A stretch of 64,000 nt of DNA. Origin: an uncultured Bacteroidales bacterium. GTDB taxonomy: Bacteria > Bacteroidota > Bacteroidia > Bacteroidales > JAGOPY01. Location of the stretch: NCBI GenBank assembly GCA_963701785.1, contig CAVPBC010000002.1:533093-597092 (forward strand), read 5' to 3'. The notes beneath the pieces are model-generated. The model did not search any database. It was given only the letters and a program-made list of their open reading frames with translations, and had not been told where the DNA came from. Both the position numbers and the translations under genes were made by a program. This document shows positions 46,746-58,147 of the stretch, piece by piece; the stretch's first letter is position 1, and every line of letters begins with the position of its first letter.

Positions 46746-48180
46746 ATGAAAAAAATTCTTATCTTTTTAGTAGTAGCCTCCTTTGCAATTTTTACCTCCT
46801 GTGAAAAGGACAAAACAGCTAAAGCTCCGGCAGTTACCGCCCCGGCAAATGCTAACGTTGAAATTAGTTTAAACACAGATTTAACTTTCGGATTTACTGC
46901 AGAAGCTGGTTTTAAATCAGCAAACGCCGTTGCCACTAACGGTACTGTTTCTATAAAGACTGATGGTACATCCGGATCTGAATCAGGTAACATCGTTGTC
47001 ACTTTTACCGCAGGCACAACAGTTGGGGCCGGTTCAGTTGTCCTGACCGTCACCGATAATGATAACCAGACTGGTTCGGCTACTGCCGTTCTCAACGTGG
47101 TTGAAGAAGAATTGGTGGTTTCGGTTTCAGGTAACATCACCGAAAATACTACCTGGGAATCCGGGAAAGTCTATACCCTTGAAAGCCGTATAGCAGTTGT
47201 AGCCGGTGTTACACTTTTCATTGAACCTGGTGTTATCGTTAAAGGCCAGGCCGGTACAGGTGCCAATGCTACGGCTCTTTTAGTCGCCCGTGGCGGTAAA
47301 ATTATGGCTGAAGGCACTGCCGATTCACCTATTATATTTACTTCCGTTGCCGATGAAATCATGCCCGGTGAAGTGGCAAGCCCGAACCTGGATCCTGTCC
47401 TGAACGGACTCTGGGGCGGACTTTTGATACTGGGAAATGCACCCATCTCGGCGGATGCTGCCTCCAGTGCAGATAGAAGGTATTCCTCCTTCAGATCAGA
47501 ATGGACTTTACGGTGGCGATAATGCAACTGATAATTCAGGTGTGATCAAGTATGTTTCCATTCGTCATGGCGGTGCGAACATCGGGGAAGGTAACGAAAT
47601 CAACGGCCTTACCCTCGGCGGCGTTGGTTCGGGCACCCTCATTGAAAACGTTGAGATCATTGCTAACCAGGACGACGGGATCGAATGTTTCGGCGGAACA
47701 GTTAGTGTTAAAAACTTAATTGTATGGAACACCGGCGACGATGCGGTTGACACCGACCAGGCATGGGGTGGCACGCTCGATAACTTTATCGTGGTGAACC
47801 CGGGTGATGAGTGCATGGAACTTGACGGACCGGAGGGTTCTTATGACAATGCCGGCCATACCATTAAAAATGGGACCATTTATGCTGGTGACGCAGAAGG
47901 ATTGGTTGACCTGGATGAAAATACCCGTTGTACCATTAACGGTATTTACTTCTTTGGTGTGGCAGAAGGCCAGGATTTTGATCTGAATCCTGCAGTACTT
48001 ACCTGTTCAAACCTTCAGGCCACACTGCCTGATGGTGCTGTGGTTACCGATTATTTCAAAGGTGGCAGTGATGCATTCTTGTCCATTGTTGCTGCCGGAG
48101 CCAATACAGTCGGGGCCGATGTGACCAAATTCGAAACCTGGTCATGGGCTTCCGTATCAGGAGCTTTAAATGACTTCTAA
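46746..48180 (+). pseudogene. Lipoprotein with beta-helix-like repeats, upstream partner of a TonB-dependent receptor; one frame break near 47465
   Basis: Lipobox FAIFTSC. ORFs 46746-47522 and 47437-48180 join as ..GNAPISADAAS/VQIEGIPPSDQNGLYGG.. It has recurring GG..I.N..I...DDG.E segments. Confidence 0.5.
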
Positions 48181-48275
48181 ACCAATTTCTCCAATTTATA
48201 ATATCTTCAAAGCTCGCAGGTTCTCAAAGCCTGCGAGTTTTGGTTTTAAAACCGGAGTCGCAAGAATTTTTGACC

Positions 48276-51172
48276 ATGCATAAATTGAAATTTTCTGTCG
48301 TTTTCTTTTTTCTGGTATTAACATCCTTCCTGCACGCCCAGATTGGCACAATCAGGGGGACCGTATTCGATGATGCCACGGGGGAATACCTTCCCGGCGT
48401 CACGATATTCCTTGAAGGAACCACTTTGGGAACGCTTACGGACCTGGATGGAAAATTCAACCTGAGCGTTGAACCGGGCAAGTATGACCTGAGGGTTTCT
48501 TTCATTTCTTATGAAACACTCCTTATTAAAAGAACTCGAGGTGAAAGCAGGGGAGGTTTCCCTTTTCGATAATCTCCGGCTGAAAGAAACGACTTTTGAA
48601 CTCAGCGAGGTTGTTATCAAAGCCCAGGAAGTGCGGAATACGGAAAATGCACTGATCACCATAAAAAGGAAATCCGCAAATGTAATTGACGGCATTTCGT
48701 CAGTAAGTTTCAGGAAAATAGGGGATTCTGATGCTGCTTCTTCCATGAAGCGGGTCCCGGGTGTATCGGTAGAAGGGGGAAAATATGTATATGTCCGAGG
48801 TCTGGGTGACCGCTACACGAAAACTATCCTGAACGGGGTCGATATCCCCGGTCTTGACCCCGACCGGAATACTTTGCAGATGGACATATTCCCCACAAAT
48901 ATCATAGATAATATAATAGTCCACAAATCGTTTACAGCCGATCTCCCTGCAGATTTTACCGGAGGGGTCATCGATATCGCCATCAAAGATTTTCCGGAGG
49001 AAAAAAAAGGAAATATCTCCCTGACTGCCGGGTATAATCCTGGTTTTCACTTTAAAAATAATTACCTGGATTATGATGGAGGAAATACTGATTTTCTTGG
49101 TTTTGATGACGGCACGAGGGAAATCCCGGCCACGACCGATATTCCTTTCTTTTCCGAGGTTGTCGGCGACCCTGACGGGGAACAAGGCCAGCGATACCAG
49201 GAGATACTGAAAAATTTCAATCCCACCATGGCAGCTTACCAGAAAATGAGTTTCATGGATTACAGCATTGGTGCATCCCTGGGTAACCAGATAGCAGTTA
49301 AGAAAGTTACCCTGGGGTATAATTTTGCCCTTTCCTATAAGAGCAATACGGAGTTTTATGAGGATGCAGAGTATGGTCGTTATGGCCTTTCTGGAGATCC
49401 TGATGTCTATGAAATGGATGTCCGCGAATTCCAGAAAGGCGACTACGGCGTAAGCAGCGTATTATTGAGCGGGATGGCAGGATTCGCTATAAAGACACTT
49501 GGTTCAAAATACCGGATTAACATTATGCACCTGCAGAACGGTGAATCAAAAGCAGGTATTTTCGATTATATTGGTTCAGACCAGGGTAGTAACTTCGAAG
49601 CTTTTCAACATAACCTCGATTACAGTGAACGCTCGCTGACCAATTTACTTATCAGCGGTAAACACACATTCAGCGGCCCGAAATGGGATATCGAATGGAA
49701 ACTATCGCCCACTTTATCAAAAATGGAAGATCCGGATATAAGATTTACGAGGTATGTGATCTCCGAGGGTAACTTTGTAATCGGCACAGAATCAGGATTT
49801 CCCGAAAGGATATGGCGGGACCTGGAAGAAGTTAACCTTGCCGGGCTCATTGCACATCACCAAAGAATTCGAAGTGAGGGGACAAAATGCAAAACTGCAG
49901 TTTGGCGGGGCCTATACATTTAAGGAGCGTGATTTTGCCATCCGCAGCTATGCCCTCAATATCCGTAATGTGCCACTTACAGGCGACCCTGATGAACTCT
50001 TCTATCCGGAAAATCTCTGGCCGCTCGACGGAAATATTAACAATGGCACGACATATGAAGCGCCATTTGTCCCGGTTAACCCTAACCAGTTTAATTCCAG
50101 CACCAATAATGCGGCAGGTTATGTTTCGGTGGAACTCAGTCCTTTCAGGAACCTTAAGACCATACTCGGTATTCGTGTTGAGAACTATGTGCAGTATTAT
50201 ACCGGGCAGGACCAGCTTGGGTACAATATCCTCGATAATGAAAAGGTGCTTGACAATACGGATTTTTTCCCTTCGGTTAATTTCATCTACAACCTGTCGG
50301 AGAAGCAAAACCTTCGATTGTCTTATGCTAAAACTATTGCAAGGCCTTCCTTCAAGGAATTATCCTATGCTGAGATTTACGATCCGATCAGCGGCCGCAC
50401 CTTCATCGGCGGTTTGTTCCGCGATGCCGACGATGTGGCCGGTATTGAATACTGGGACGGAAACCTGGTAATTACGGATATTCACAACTTCGACCTTCGC
50501 TGGGAGTTGTTCCCCTCGGGTGGCCAAACAATTTCTGTCAGTGGATTTTATAAGATATTCAATAACCCGATTGAAATGGTGCAGTATGCTACCCTGGCCG
50601 GCTCTTTTCAGCCGCGTAACGTGGGAGATGGCCAGGTCTTCGGCACGGAGATCGAATTTCGTCTAAACCTTGAGCCTGTTATCGAGTCCCTCAGGAATAT
50701 GTCCATTTCTTCGAACCTTACCTTTGCCAAATCACTAATCAAGTTAAGTAATACGGAATATCAATCCCGGGTAGAAAATGCACGCACCGGGCAAACTATT
50801 GACGAATACCGAAACATGGCTGGCCAGGCACCGTTCATTATCAATTTCGGCGTCTCTTACAATGGGGGAGTAAAAGGATTCTGGAACGGTTTTGAAGCCG
50901 GGCTTTATTATAATGTCCAGGGGCAAACGCTTCAATATGTCGGAATGGTTGACCGTCCTGACATTTATTCCAAACCTTTCAACAGTTTAAACTTTAACAG
51001 CAATAAAAGCCTTGGAGAGAATAAGCGCCTGCAGATAGGCCTGAAGATCGAAAATCTCCTGAACGATACGAAGGAAGCCGTATTTAAATCCTATGACGCT
51101 AATGATCAATATTTTACACGTTTGTACCAGGGGGTTACTTTCCAGTTAAGATTAAGCTATTCATTTTTCTGA
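48276..51172 (+). pseudogene. TonB-dependent receptor (CarboxypepD_reg N-terminus), two frame breaks (about 48525 and 49850)
   Basis: MHKLKFSVVFFFLVLTSFLHAQ, GTIRGTVFDDATGEYLPGVTIFLEGT, a plug (VSVEGGKYVYVRGLGDRYT) and a barrel ending ..FQLRLSYSFF. Three consecutive ORFs are involved. Confidence 0.85.
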
Positions 51173-51309
51173 AATGGATGGAAATACTGGTAGAATGGTA
51201 CACATTTTGGTTTATCGGCTTAAAAAATAATATTAAATTCGCCATCGGGCATTAAAACTGGTTTAATCAGGGTGCAATAATTAATCACAAGACCTAAACA
51301 GGAACAAAT

Positions 51310-51768
51310 ATGCTAAGAATCTTTGCAATCAGCATTTTTACTATGATGTTCACCATCTCTTTCGGACAGGCCCGTCAGGGTTCCGATGGATTATATTATG
51401 ATGAACGCGGCAAACTTTATTCGGGAACATGCTATGAGTATTATGCTGACTCTGTGTTGCATGCCACTTTAGAACTAAAAAAAGGGGAACCTGACGGGCT
51501 GACTAAAATTTATTTTGAAAATGGCCAGATAGAAGAAATAAGGTCCTTTAAGAAAGGCATGATGCATGGTAAATGGGAGAAATGGAACCGGCAAAACGTT
51601 AAAATTGCTGAAGCCAGTTATTCCGATGACCAAAAGGATGGAAAATGGTATGTCTGGGATGATAACGGCATTTTGCGCTACGATATGACTTACAGCATGG
51701 GGGAAAAGACAGGAACATGGTTCATGTATGATGAAAAAGGCGCTTTGATCAACCAAAAGGAATACTAA
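51310..51768 (+). CDS. MORN-variant repeat protein (YwqK-like)
   Basis: Signal peptide, then repeated G..K.Y..NGQ....F..G..HGKW..W units. Confidence 0.6.
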   Translation: MLRIFAISIFTMMFTISFGQARQGSDGLYYDERGKLYSGTCYEYYADSVLHATLELKKGEPDGLTKIYFENGQIEEIRSFKKGMMHGKWEKWNRQNVKIAEASYSDDQKDGKWYVWDDNGILRYDMTYSMGEKTGTWFMYDEKGALINQKEY

Positions 51769-51882
51769 TAATCTTTCAAAAAAATCCCTTCCGGCTATTC
51801 ATTACAATAAGCTAATATTGGCTTAATATTATCTTAACATACCACGCGTACTTTTGCAGGATAAATTATAAAATTCTATCCA

Positions 51883-52230
51883 ATGAAAAAATTAGCCATA
51901 ATCATACTCTCATTCATCTTAATAGCTGGCGTTAATTCAGTATTTGCTGATAATACAGGTGACGGTAAACCAAAAACTGTAAGTCTTTCCGGAAAAGTGA
52001 TTGATAAAACCAACCAGGAAACCCTGGCTGGTGCATTGATCAGGATTGAAGGTACAGACCTGGAAACTTACACCGATTTTGACGGCAATTTCACCATCAG
52101 CGGCCTGTTACCTGATACATACAAGGTTAAATGCTCGATGATCTCATATTCAGATCGTGAAGAAGAAATCGAAATTGATCAGAAATCAAATAATATTGAG
52201 ATAAAACTGCAAAACGTTTCTGCTGATTAA
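51883..52230 (+). CDS. Small secreted carboxypeptidase-regulatory-like domain protein
   Basis: LSGKVIDKTNQETLAGALIRIEGTDLETYTDFDGNFTISGLLPDTYKVKCSMISYS. Confidence 0.65.
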   Translation: MKKLAIIILSFILIAGVNSVFADNTGDGKPKTVSLSGKVIDKTNQETLAGALIRIEGTDLETYTDFDGNFTISGLLPDTYKVKCSMISYSDREEEIEIDQKSNNIEIKLQNVSAD

Positions 52231-52257
52231 TCAGTGCGTTAATATATATTTCCCCTT

Positions 52258-52412
52258 AAAAAGACGCTGGCAGGTCAATCGACACTGTCAGCTTTTTTTT
52301 GTTTAAACCTGATATCTTGAAGACGTTTATAGGTCTGGCGACGCTGTCAGGTCTGTTTTAATAGTTTAAACCTGTCAGCGTCCGACGAAGGAGGACCTGA
52401 CAGCGTTTAAAC
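52258..52412. repeat. Family B, copy 3: one degenerate and one intact composite unit
   Basis: AAAAAGACGCTGGCAGGTC...CTGTCAGCTTTTTTTTGTTTAAACCTG..., then ..GACGCTGTCAGGTCTG..GTTTAAACCTGTCAGCGTCCGACGAAGGAGGACCTGACAGCGTTTAAAC. It overlaps the last ~17 codons of the kinase ORF. Confidence 0.9.
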
Positions 52413-53481
52413 TGCAGGATCAGCCCTTTCTTCAGCGTAAACGAAAAAGTTGAGCCGATCTTTGGGGAGCTCCTCACATTGACAGTTTGATCATGGGCCT
52501 CGATGATGTGTTTCACGATGGCCAGGCCCAGCCCGGTGCCGCCTTCGGCCCTTGACCGGTGCTTATCCACACGGTAGAACCTTTCGAACAGGCGGGGGAT
52601 ATGCTTTTCCTCAATACCGATCCCGTTATCTGAAACTTCAATCAGGTAATTTTCATCCATATCATAGAAACTGACCTTTGTACGGCCTCCATCCCTGCCA
52701 TATTTTATGGAATTCTCAAGCAGGTTGACCAGGACCTGGCGGATCCGGTCACGGTCGGCATAAACCCAGACCGGAGTGTATTGTCATCATTTCCGAAAAT
52801 GAATTTGATATTTGCTGACTTTTGCATTATCTTCAAGGAATTCAAAGACTTCTCTTGTTAAGGCATTGAATATCAAACCGTGATTTTTCCATCCTGACTT
52901 CTCCTGATTCAAGGCTGGAAATGATATCCAGGTCATTCACCAGCTCAATCAGCCGGTCGATATTTTTTTCGGTTTTAAGAAGGAAATCCCGGTTAATATT
53001 TTGATCTTCCAGGCCACCGCCAAGAAGGGTCGAAATATAGCCCTGGATGTTTGAAATCGGTGTTTTGATTTCATGCGACACATTGGCCAGGAATTCCCTG
53101 CCGGTAAGTTTCGGCTTTCTGAAGCTGTTCGATTTCAGCTTTTTTGTCTTCGGCCCAGTCCATCACATCTTTGCTCACCTGGTTGATCATGTCCTCGCCG
53201 AGTCCTGAACGCCAGGGCCTTTTTTTCGACCCTGGTCAGTTTAAGGGATTGAATGAATCTTGTAGATGACTTTGATTTTTTCAAAAATGAATTTTTCAAG
53301 AATATATTTTGACCAGGAAATAGGTAAATATAAATACAGAGAACCATTCATGGTCAGAATGGCCGACAATTTGAAATGGCGTCATGTTTAACAAAACAAG
53401 AAGGCTATAAATCAGAGAAATAAAAACAATAATAGAGAATGAAATAAAAAGGGCAAGACGGGTAGGATTAGTGAATTTCAT
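52358..53481 (-). pseudogene. PhoR-like sensor histidine kinase, at least four frame breaks
   Basis: Fragments: 53296-53481 (TM N-terminus, start overlapping the phoU stop), 52842-53081 (H-box SHEIKTPISNIQGY), 52358-52660 (DNGIGI, GGTGLGLAIVKHI). The connecting segments are readable only in shifted frames. Confidence 0.75.
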
Positions 53482-54174
53482 CTCCTGTATTTCATTTCCG
53501 GTTTTTCTTTTTTCTGCAGTTTTTTATGTTTAATAATCCTTGCATCAAGATAAAATACGATCTCTTCCGAAATATTCTGGTTGTGATCGCCGACACGTTC
53601 AAGTTTCCGGATGATGGAAAAGAGTTCGAGGGCCTGCCTGGCTTCTGCCGGATTATTCTATAATATATTCGCTGATTACCCTGAACGATTCTTTATTATA
53701 ATGGTCCAGCTTTTTATCGAGGTCAGACATATCATGAATGGCTTTGATATCATCTTTTTCAAAGGATTCATAAGCCTCCACCAGCATGATATGCGCTATA
53801 TCAAACATTTCGGGAATGTGAGTATCCTTTATTAACTGGCTGTTGAATGGCACTTCTGATTTCCTGATCGTATTGGCAATATAATTAGCATAATCGCCAA
53901 TCCTTTCCAGGTTATAATTGATCTTCAGAACGGCAAGGACAAACCTGAGGTCGACGGCAACCGGGTTATTCAGGGCGATCAGGTTTTCGCAGTCCATATC
54001 ATGTTTAAGCTCAAAGGCATCGAGCAGCTTTTCATTGGTATGCACCTCGTTGGCCAGGTCTTTGTCGAATGTTTCGAGGGCCATTTTTGCTTTTTCATGC
54101 TGGCTTATCACGATCGACCACATTTCCAGCAAGCTGGACTTCAATGCATTTAATTCATTTTCCAGGTGATTCAT
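53478..54174 (-). pseudogene. phoU: Phosphate signalling regulator PhoU, one frame break at about 53650
   Basis: ORF 53653-54174 gives the first PhoU repeat. The shifted frame continues NNPAEARQALELFSIIRKLERVGDHNQNISEEIVFY to a TGA at 53478, which overlaps the kinase ATG (ATGA). Confidence 0.85.
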
Positions 54175-54230
54175 AGAACAAATTTAATATAATTCAAGGA
54201 TAACCGACATGTTTCAATCATTCCCGTTTC

Positions 54231-54983
54231 TCAACCAAATCTTCCTGTGATATAATTCTGGGTGCGTTCATCACTTGGGTTCAGGAACATAGTCTTGGTT
54301 TCATTATGTTCAATGAGTTCCCCGAGGTAGAAAAATGATGTATAATCGCTTACCCTTCCGGCCTGCTGGAGGTTATGGGTTACTATGATGATGGTATATT
54401 GCTGCTTAAGTTCATGGATAAGTTCTTCAATCTTAGCTGTGGAAATAGGGTCGAGGGCCGATGCAGGTTCATCCATCAGGATCAGTGTGGGTTCTACGGC
54501 AAGGGCCCGTGCTATGCAAAGACGCTGCTGCTGGCCGCCGGAAAGCTCAAAAGCCGATTTCTTCAGTTTTTCCTTCACCTCTTCCCAGAGGGCGGCTTTC
54601 TTCAGGGAATTCACCACCACTTCTTCGATCAGGTTATTATCCCTGACCCCGTTTACCCGCAACCCGTAGGCAACATTCTCGAAAACCGACTTCGGAAAAG
54701 GGTTCGGTTTCTGGAAAACCATGCCGACACTTTTTCGCAATTCATCGATCACGATACCTTTCTCATAAATATTTTGTCCGTTTACCAGGACTTCACCTTC
54801 CAGCCTCGTATGGTCGATCAGGTCGTTCATCCTGTTGAACAGGCGGAGGAATGTAGATTTACCGCAACCCGAAGGGCCGATCAGCGCGGTCACTGTATTG
54901 TCGGGAAACTTCAGGCTGACATCTTTCAGCGCATGATAGTCGCCATAATAGAAATTGATATTGTTTGCTTCAGCTTTAAACAT
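54231..54983 (-). CDS. pstB: Phosphate ABC transporter ATP-binding protein PstB
   Basis: Walker [10 protein letters not shown], signature [14 protein letters not shown], Walker B LILMDEP, and a PstB-type N-terminus. Confidence 0.95.
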   Translation of the reverse strand: MFKAEANNINFYYGDYHALKDVSLKFPDNTVTALIGPSGCGKSTFLRLFNRMNDLIDHTRLEGEVLVNGQNIYEKGIVIDELRKSVGMVFQKPNPFPKSVFENVAYGLRVNGVRDNNLIEEVVVNSLKKAALWEEVKEKLKKSAFELSGGQQQRLCIARALAVEPTLILMDEPASALDPISTAKIEELIHELKQQYTIIIVTHNLQQAGRVSDYTSFFYLGELIEHNETKTMFLNPSDERTQNYITGRFG

Positions 54984-54994
54984 GGTCGATAATC

Positions 54995-55853
54995 CTAATT
55001 CATTTTCACTTTTTTCCCGAGATATTTCCGCAGGGCACTCGCCGCCACGTTGATCATCAGGACGATGAAGATCAGCACAAGTGCAGTGCCGTATGCCATT
55101 GGCCTGGATTCTTCGATATTGGTACCGCTGGTTGTCAGTACATAAAGGTGATAAGGCAGCGCCATGACCTGGTCGAAAATACTGCCCGGCAAGCGTGGGA
55201 GAAAATAGGCCGCTACGGTAAAGAGGATCGGTGCTGTTTCCCCGGAGACCCTTCCAATGGACAGGATCAGGCCTGTAATGATATTCGGGAAAGCAACGGG
55301 CAGCACTACCCTTTGAATGGTCTGCAGTTTGGTTGCTCCAAGAGCCAGGCTGCCTACCCGCAGGGAATCTTCGACAGATTTCAGGGCTTCTTCCGTAGTC
55401 CGGATGACGACCGGTAATACCAGCAGGCCAAGGGTAAGTGATCCGGCGATAATGGAATCGCCGAATTCGAGATAATTTACGAATAAAGCCATCCCGAAGA
55501 GACCAAAGACGATAGACGGTATACCTGCGAGGTTATCCGTCATCATTCTGTATAAAACGCTTGAAATAACTGTCTTTCAGAAATTCATTGATATAGATCC
55601 CTGACAGGACGCCAATCGGGAATGCGAAGATCATGCTTCCTGCCATCAGGCAGGCCGTCCCGACTATTGCAGGGAAAATACCTCCCTGGGTCATTCCCTG
55701 GTCGGGCATAGCGGTTAGAAATTCCCAGCTAATCACACCTATTCCTTTAATAGCGATAAACCCGAGTATGATGAACAATACGGCTACCACCAGGAAACTG
55801 ATCACCCCGAAGGTCGAAAAGGCTATTCTCTGTATGATTCTTTTTTTTGTCAT
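54995..55853 (-). pseudogene. pstA: Phosphate ABC transporter permease PstA, one frame break near 55535-55550
   Basis: ORF 55533-55853 (N-terminal TM segments) and ORF 54995-55546 ([15 protein letters not shown]...EAALALGATK-like EAA loop) join across the overlap. Confidence 0.85.
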
Positions 55854-55860
55854 GGTTAGA

Positions 55861-57066
55861 TCAGAGCGATTTCAGGTGTTTACGGCCTTTAACGAGATCG
55901 ATGGAGAAATTGATGATAAGGGTAAAGATGAACAGGATGATCCCGAGGGCGAACAGTGCCTGGAAATGGAGCCCTCCGTAAGGGGATTCGCCTAATTCCG
56001 CCGCAATCGTTGCGGGGATCGTGCGTACAGGAACCAGGAAAGAGTGGGGGATCATGGCAGCATTCCCGGTAACCATTAATACGGCCATTGTTTCACCGAT
56101 TGCACGGCCTATACCAAGGATGATGGCAGTTGTGATCCCTGAGCGGGCGTAAGGGATGGTAACACGCACCATGGTTTGCCAGCGCGTTGCCCCCAGGGCA
56201 AGGCTGGCTTCTTTCAGTGACATGGGCGTGGTCCGGAGGGCATCTTCAGAAATGGTGATGATTGTTGGTAAGGCCATGATGCCAAGAACGATACTTCCGG
56301 CCAGGGCTGTTTCACCTACTTCCAGTTGAAATACCTGCTGGATCAGCGGGACCAATACCACCAGGCCGAAAAATCCAAAAACGACAGAAGGGATGCCTGC
56401 TAAAAGCTCGACAAGGGGCTTGATGATATTCCTCATCCGGAATGACGACACCTCAGCCAAATAGATGGCGGTGGCAAGTCCCAGTGGCAGAGCAAATAAG
56501 ATAGCCCCGAGGGTAACCAGCAATGTACCTAAGATCAGCGGCCAGACCCCGAAAAGGGGAACAGGCTCGGCCGTTGGGTACCATTCTTTGCCGAGGACAA
56601 ATTCCTTCGGGCTGATATTTTTAACGTTCAGCAGATAACCATGAAAATCGGGAGGCATGTAATTTTCGGAAATGAAGACGATCGCCCCGGGATTTTCCTG
56701 TATCAGCTTGTCAACCAGCATAGGCAGGTTTTCCATTTCCGCCCCCATCTCCTCTTCCGTATAATAATTGGGGATCTCATTGATCGTGAGCAGCATGATG
56801 GTATCATTGTTGCCGCCGACATGCTTCCAGTTTGTGATATCCTGGTTAAAGATGTCTTTAAGTTGTTTTGCGCTGAGCTCTTTTACGGGATTGTTGATGT
56901 TGAGGGCAAATACATAGCCTTTGTCAACAGGCTTGCTGCTGAAGAGCCCGACCCCTTCCCTGAACAGAAAAATGATGATCAGGATAACGGTCAGGCTGGT
57001 GACTGTGCTGCTGGAAAACAGCACGCCTTCAACAAATTTTTCCCAGATTTTCCGGTATTTTCTCAT
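55861..57066 (-). CDS. pstC: Phosphate ABC transporter permease PstC with a long periplasmic insert
   Basis: A 401-aa ORF with permease core ..LKEASLALGATRWQT... The insert after TM1 carries a PstS-like LSAKQLKDIFNQDITNWKHVGG segment. Confidence 0.85.
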   Translation of the reverse strand: MRKYRKIWEKFVEGVLFSSSTVTSLTVILIIIFLFREGVGLFSSKPVDKGYVFALNINNPVKELSAKQLKDIFNQDITNWKHVGGNNDTIMLLTINEIPNYYTEEEMGAEMENLPMLVDKLIQENPGAIVFISENYMPPDFHGYLLNVKNISPKEFVLGKEWYPTAEPVPLFGVWPLILGTLLVTLGAILFALPLGLATAIYLAEVSSFRMRNIIKPLVELLAGIPSVVFGFFGLVVLVPLIQQVFQLEVGETALAGSIVLGIMALPTIITISEDALRTTPMSLKEASLALGATRWQTMVRVTIPYARSGITTAIILGIGRAIGETMAVLMVTGNAAMIPHSFLVPVRTIPATIAAELGESPYGGLHFQALFALGIILFIFTLIINFSIDLVKGRKHLKSL

Positions 57067-57093
57067 TATTTACTTGGATAATAGAAGCTTTTT

Positions 57094-57211
57094 AACCACT
57101 AAGGCACTAAGATCACATAGAAACACTAAGGTTATGATTCTGTAAGCTAACGCATCATGGTCAATCTTTAAAATCTTAGTGCTTCTAAGTGGACTTAGTG
57201 CCTTAGTGGTT
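57094..57211. repeat. CACTAAGG-word hairpin (family A), copy 5, in the pstS-pstC intercistronic spacer
   Basis: AACCACTAAGGCACTAAGATCACATAGAAACACTAAGG, a 41-nt loop, then ATCTTAGTGCTTCTAAGTGGACTTAGTGCCTTAGTGGTT. Confidence 0.9.
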
Positions 57212-57240
57212 AAATGGAATCATAACATAAAAATAAATAT

Positions 57241-58074
57241 TTACTTAACAGGTACATAACCGATTTCCTTCACAATTTTCTGGCCTTCTACCGAGAGGAT
57301 AAAATCAACGAAAGGCTTTACTGCTGTTTCGATGCTGTTAAGATAATAATAATATAAAGGCCTGGATATCGGGTAGGTTTTATTCATGGCAGATTCAACC
57401 GAAGGCGCTACATAAGTCGCTCCTTTATCATAACTGACTTTCAGCGGTTTAACAGTCGTTTCCAGGTAAGCAAGGCCAACATAACCGATAGCGCCTTTGG
57501 TCTGGCTGACCGATTGCACAATTGCGCCCGTCGCCGGCATAAGCATGGCTGTCGGGGCGAAATTCTTTTTATTCATTACATGCTCTTTAAAGAATTCAAA
57601 GGTACCTGAGCTGGATTCCCTGGAATAAACCACGATATTCATGTCATCACCGCCAACCTCTTTCCAGTTGGTTACTTTACCGGTATAAATGCTTTCAATC
57701 TCTTCCCGGGTCAACTGGCTGATCTTATTGGCCGGGTTGACGATAACTGCGAGTGCATCATTGGCTATAATCACTTCCTTAAAAGTCTTGCCTGCATCCT
57801 GCAGCTTCATTTTTTCATCCAGTTTCATTTTCCGCGACGACTGGGCGATATCCGTGGTGCCGTTTTGAAGGGCGGCCAGGCCTACACCTGAACCCCCACC
57901 GGTAACCATGATGGATGAACCGGGAAATTTTTTCATAAATACTTCTGCTTCTTTCTGTGTAAGGGGAAGGACGGTATCACTTCCTTTGATCTTGCAATTG
58001 ACATTCTGCGAATATACCTGCGGCAGAATGACCATGATTGCGATTGCTAAAAATAGATTCTTCATTATATTCAT
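57241..58074 (-). CDS. pstS: Phosphate ABC transporter substrate-binding protein PstS
   Basis: Signal peptide, GSDTV, GGGSGVG and LTREEIESIYTGKVTNWKEVGG..SRESSSGT. Confidence 0.85.
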   Translation of the reverse strand: MNIMKNLFLAIAIMVILPQVYSQNVNCKIKGSDTVLPLTQKEAEVFMKKFPGSSIMVTGGGSGVGLAALQNGTTDIAQSSRKMKLDEKMKLQDAGKTFKEVIIANDALAVIVNPANKISQLTREEIESIYTGKVTNWKEVGGDDMNIVVYSRESSSGTFEFFKEHVMNKKNFAPTAMLMPATGAIVQSVSQTKGAIGYVGLAYLETTVKPLKVSYDKGATYVAPSVESAMNKTYPISRPLYYYYLNSIETAVKPFVDFILSVEGQKIVKEIGYVPVK

Positions 58075-58146
58075 TGTTAGATTGTTAGACTGTTAAATTG
58101 TTAAACTGTTAAATTGTTCAATTGTTAAATTGATAAATTGTTATTA
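58075..58146. repeat. Tandem array of about nine 8-bp units (ATTGTTAA/ACTGTTAA and variants) filling the whole porin-pstS spacer
   Basis: Read directly. The array runs from the base next to the pstS ATG to the porin stop region. It uses the same word family as 15833-15888. Confidence 0.9.
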
Positions 58147-58147
58147 T

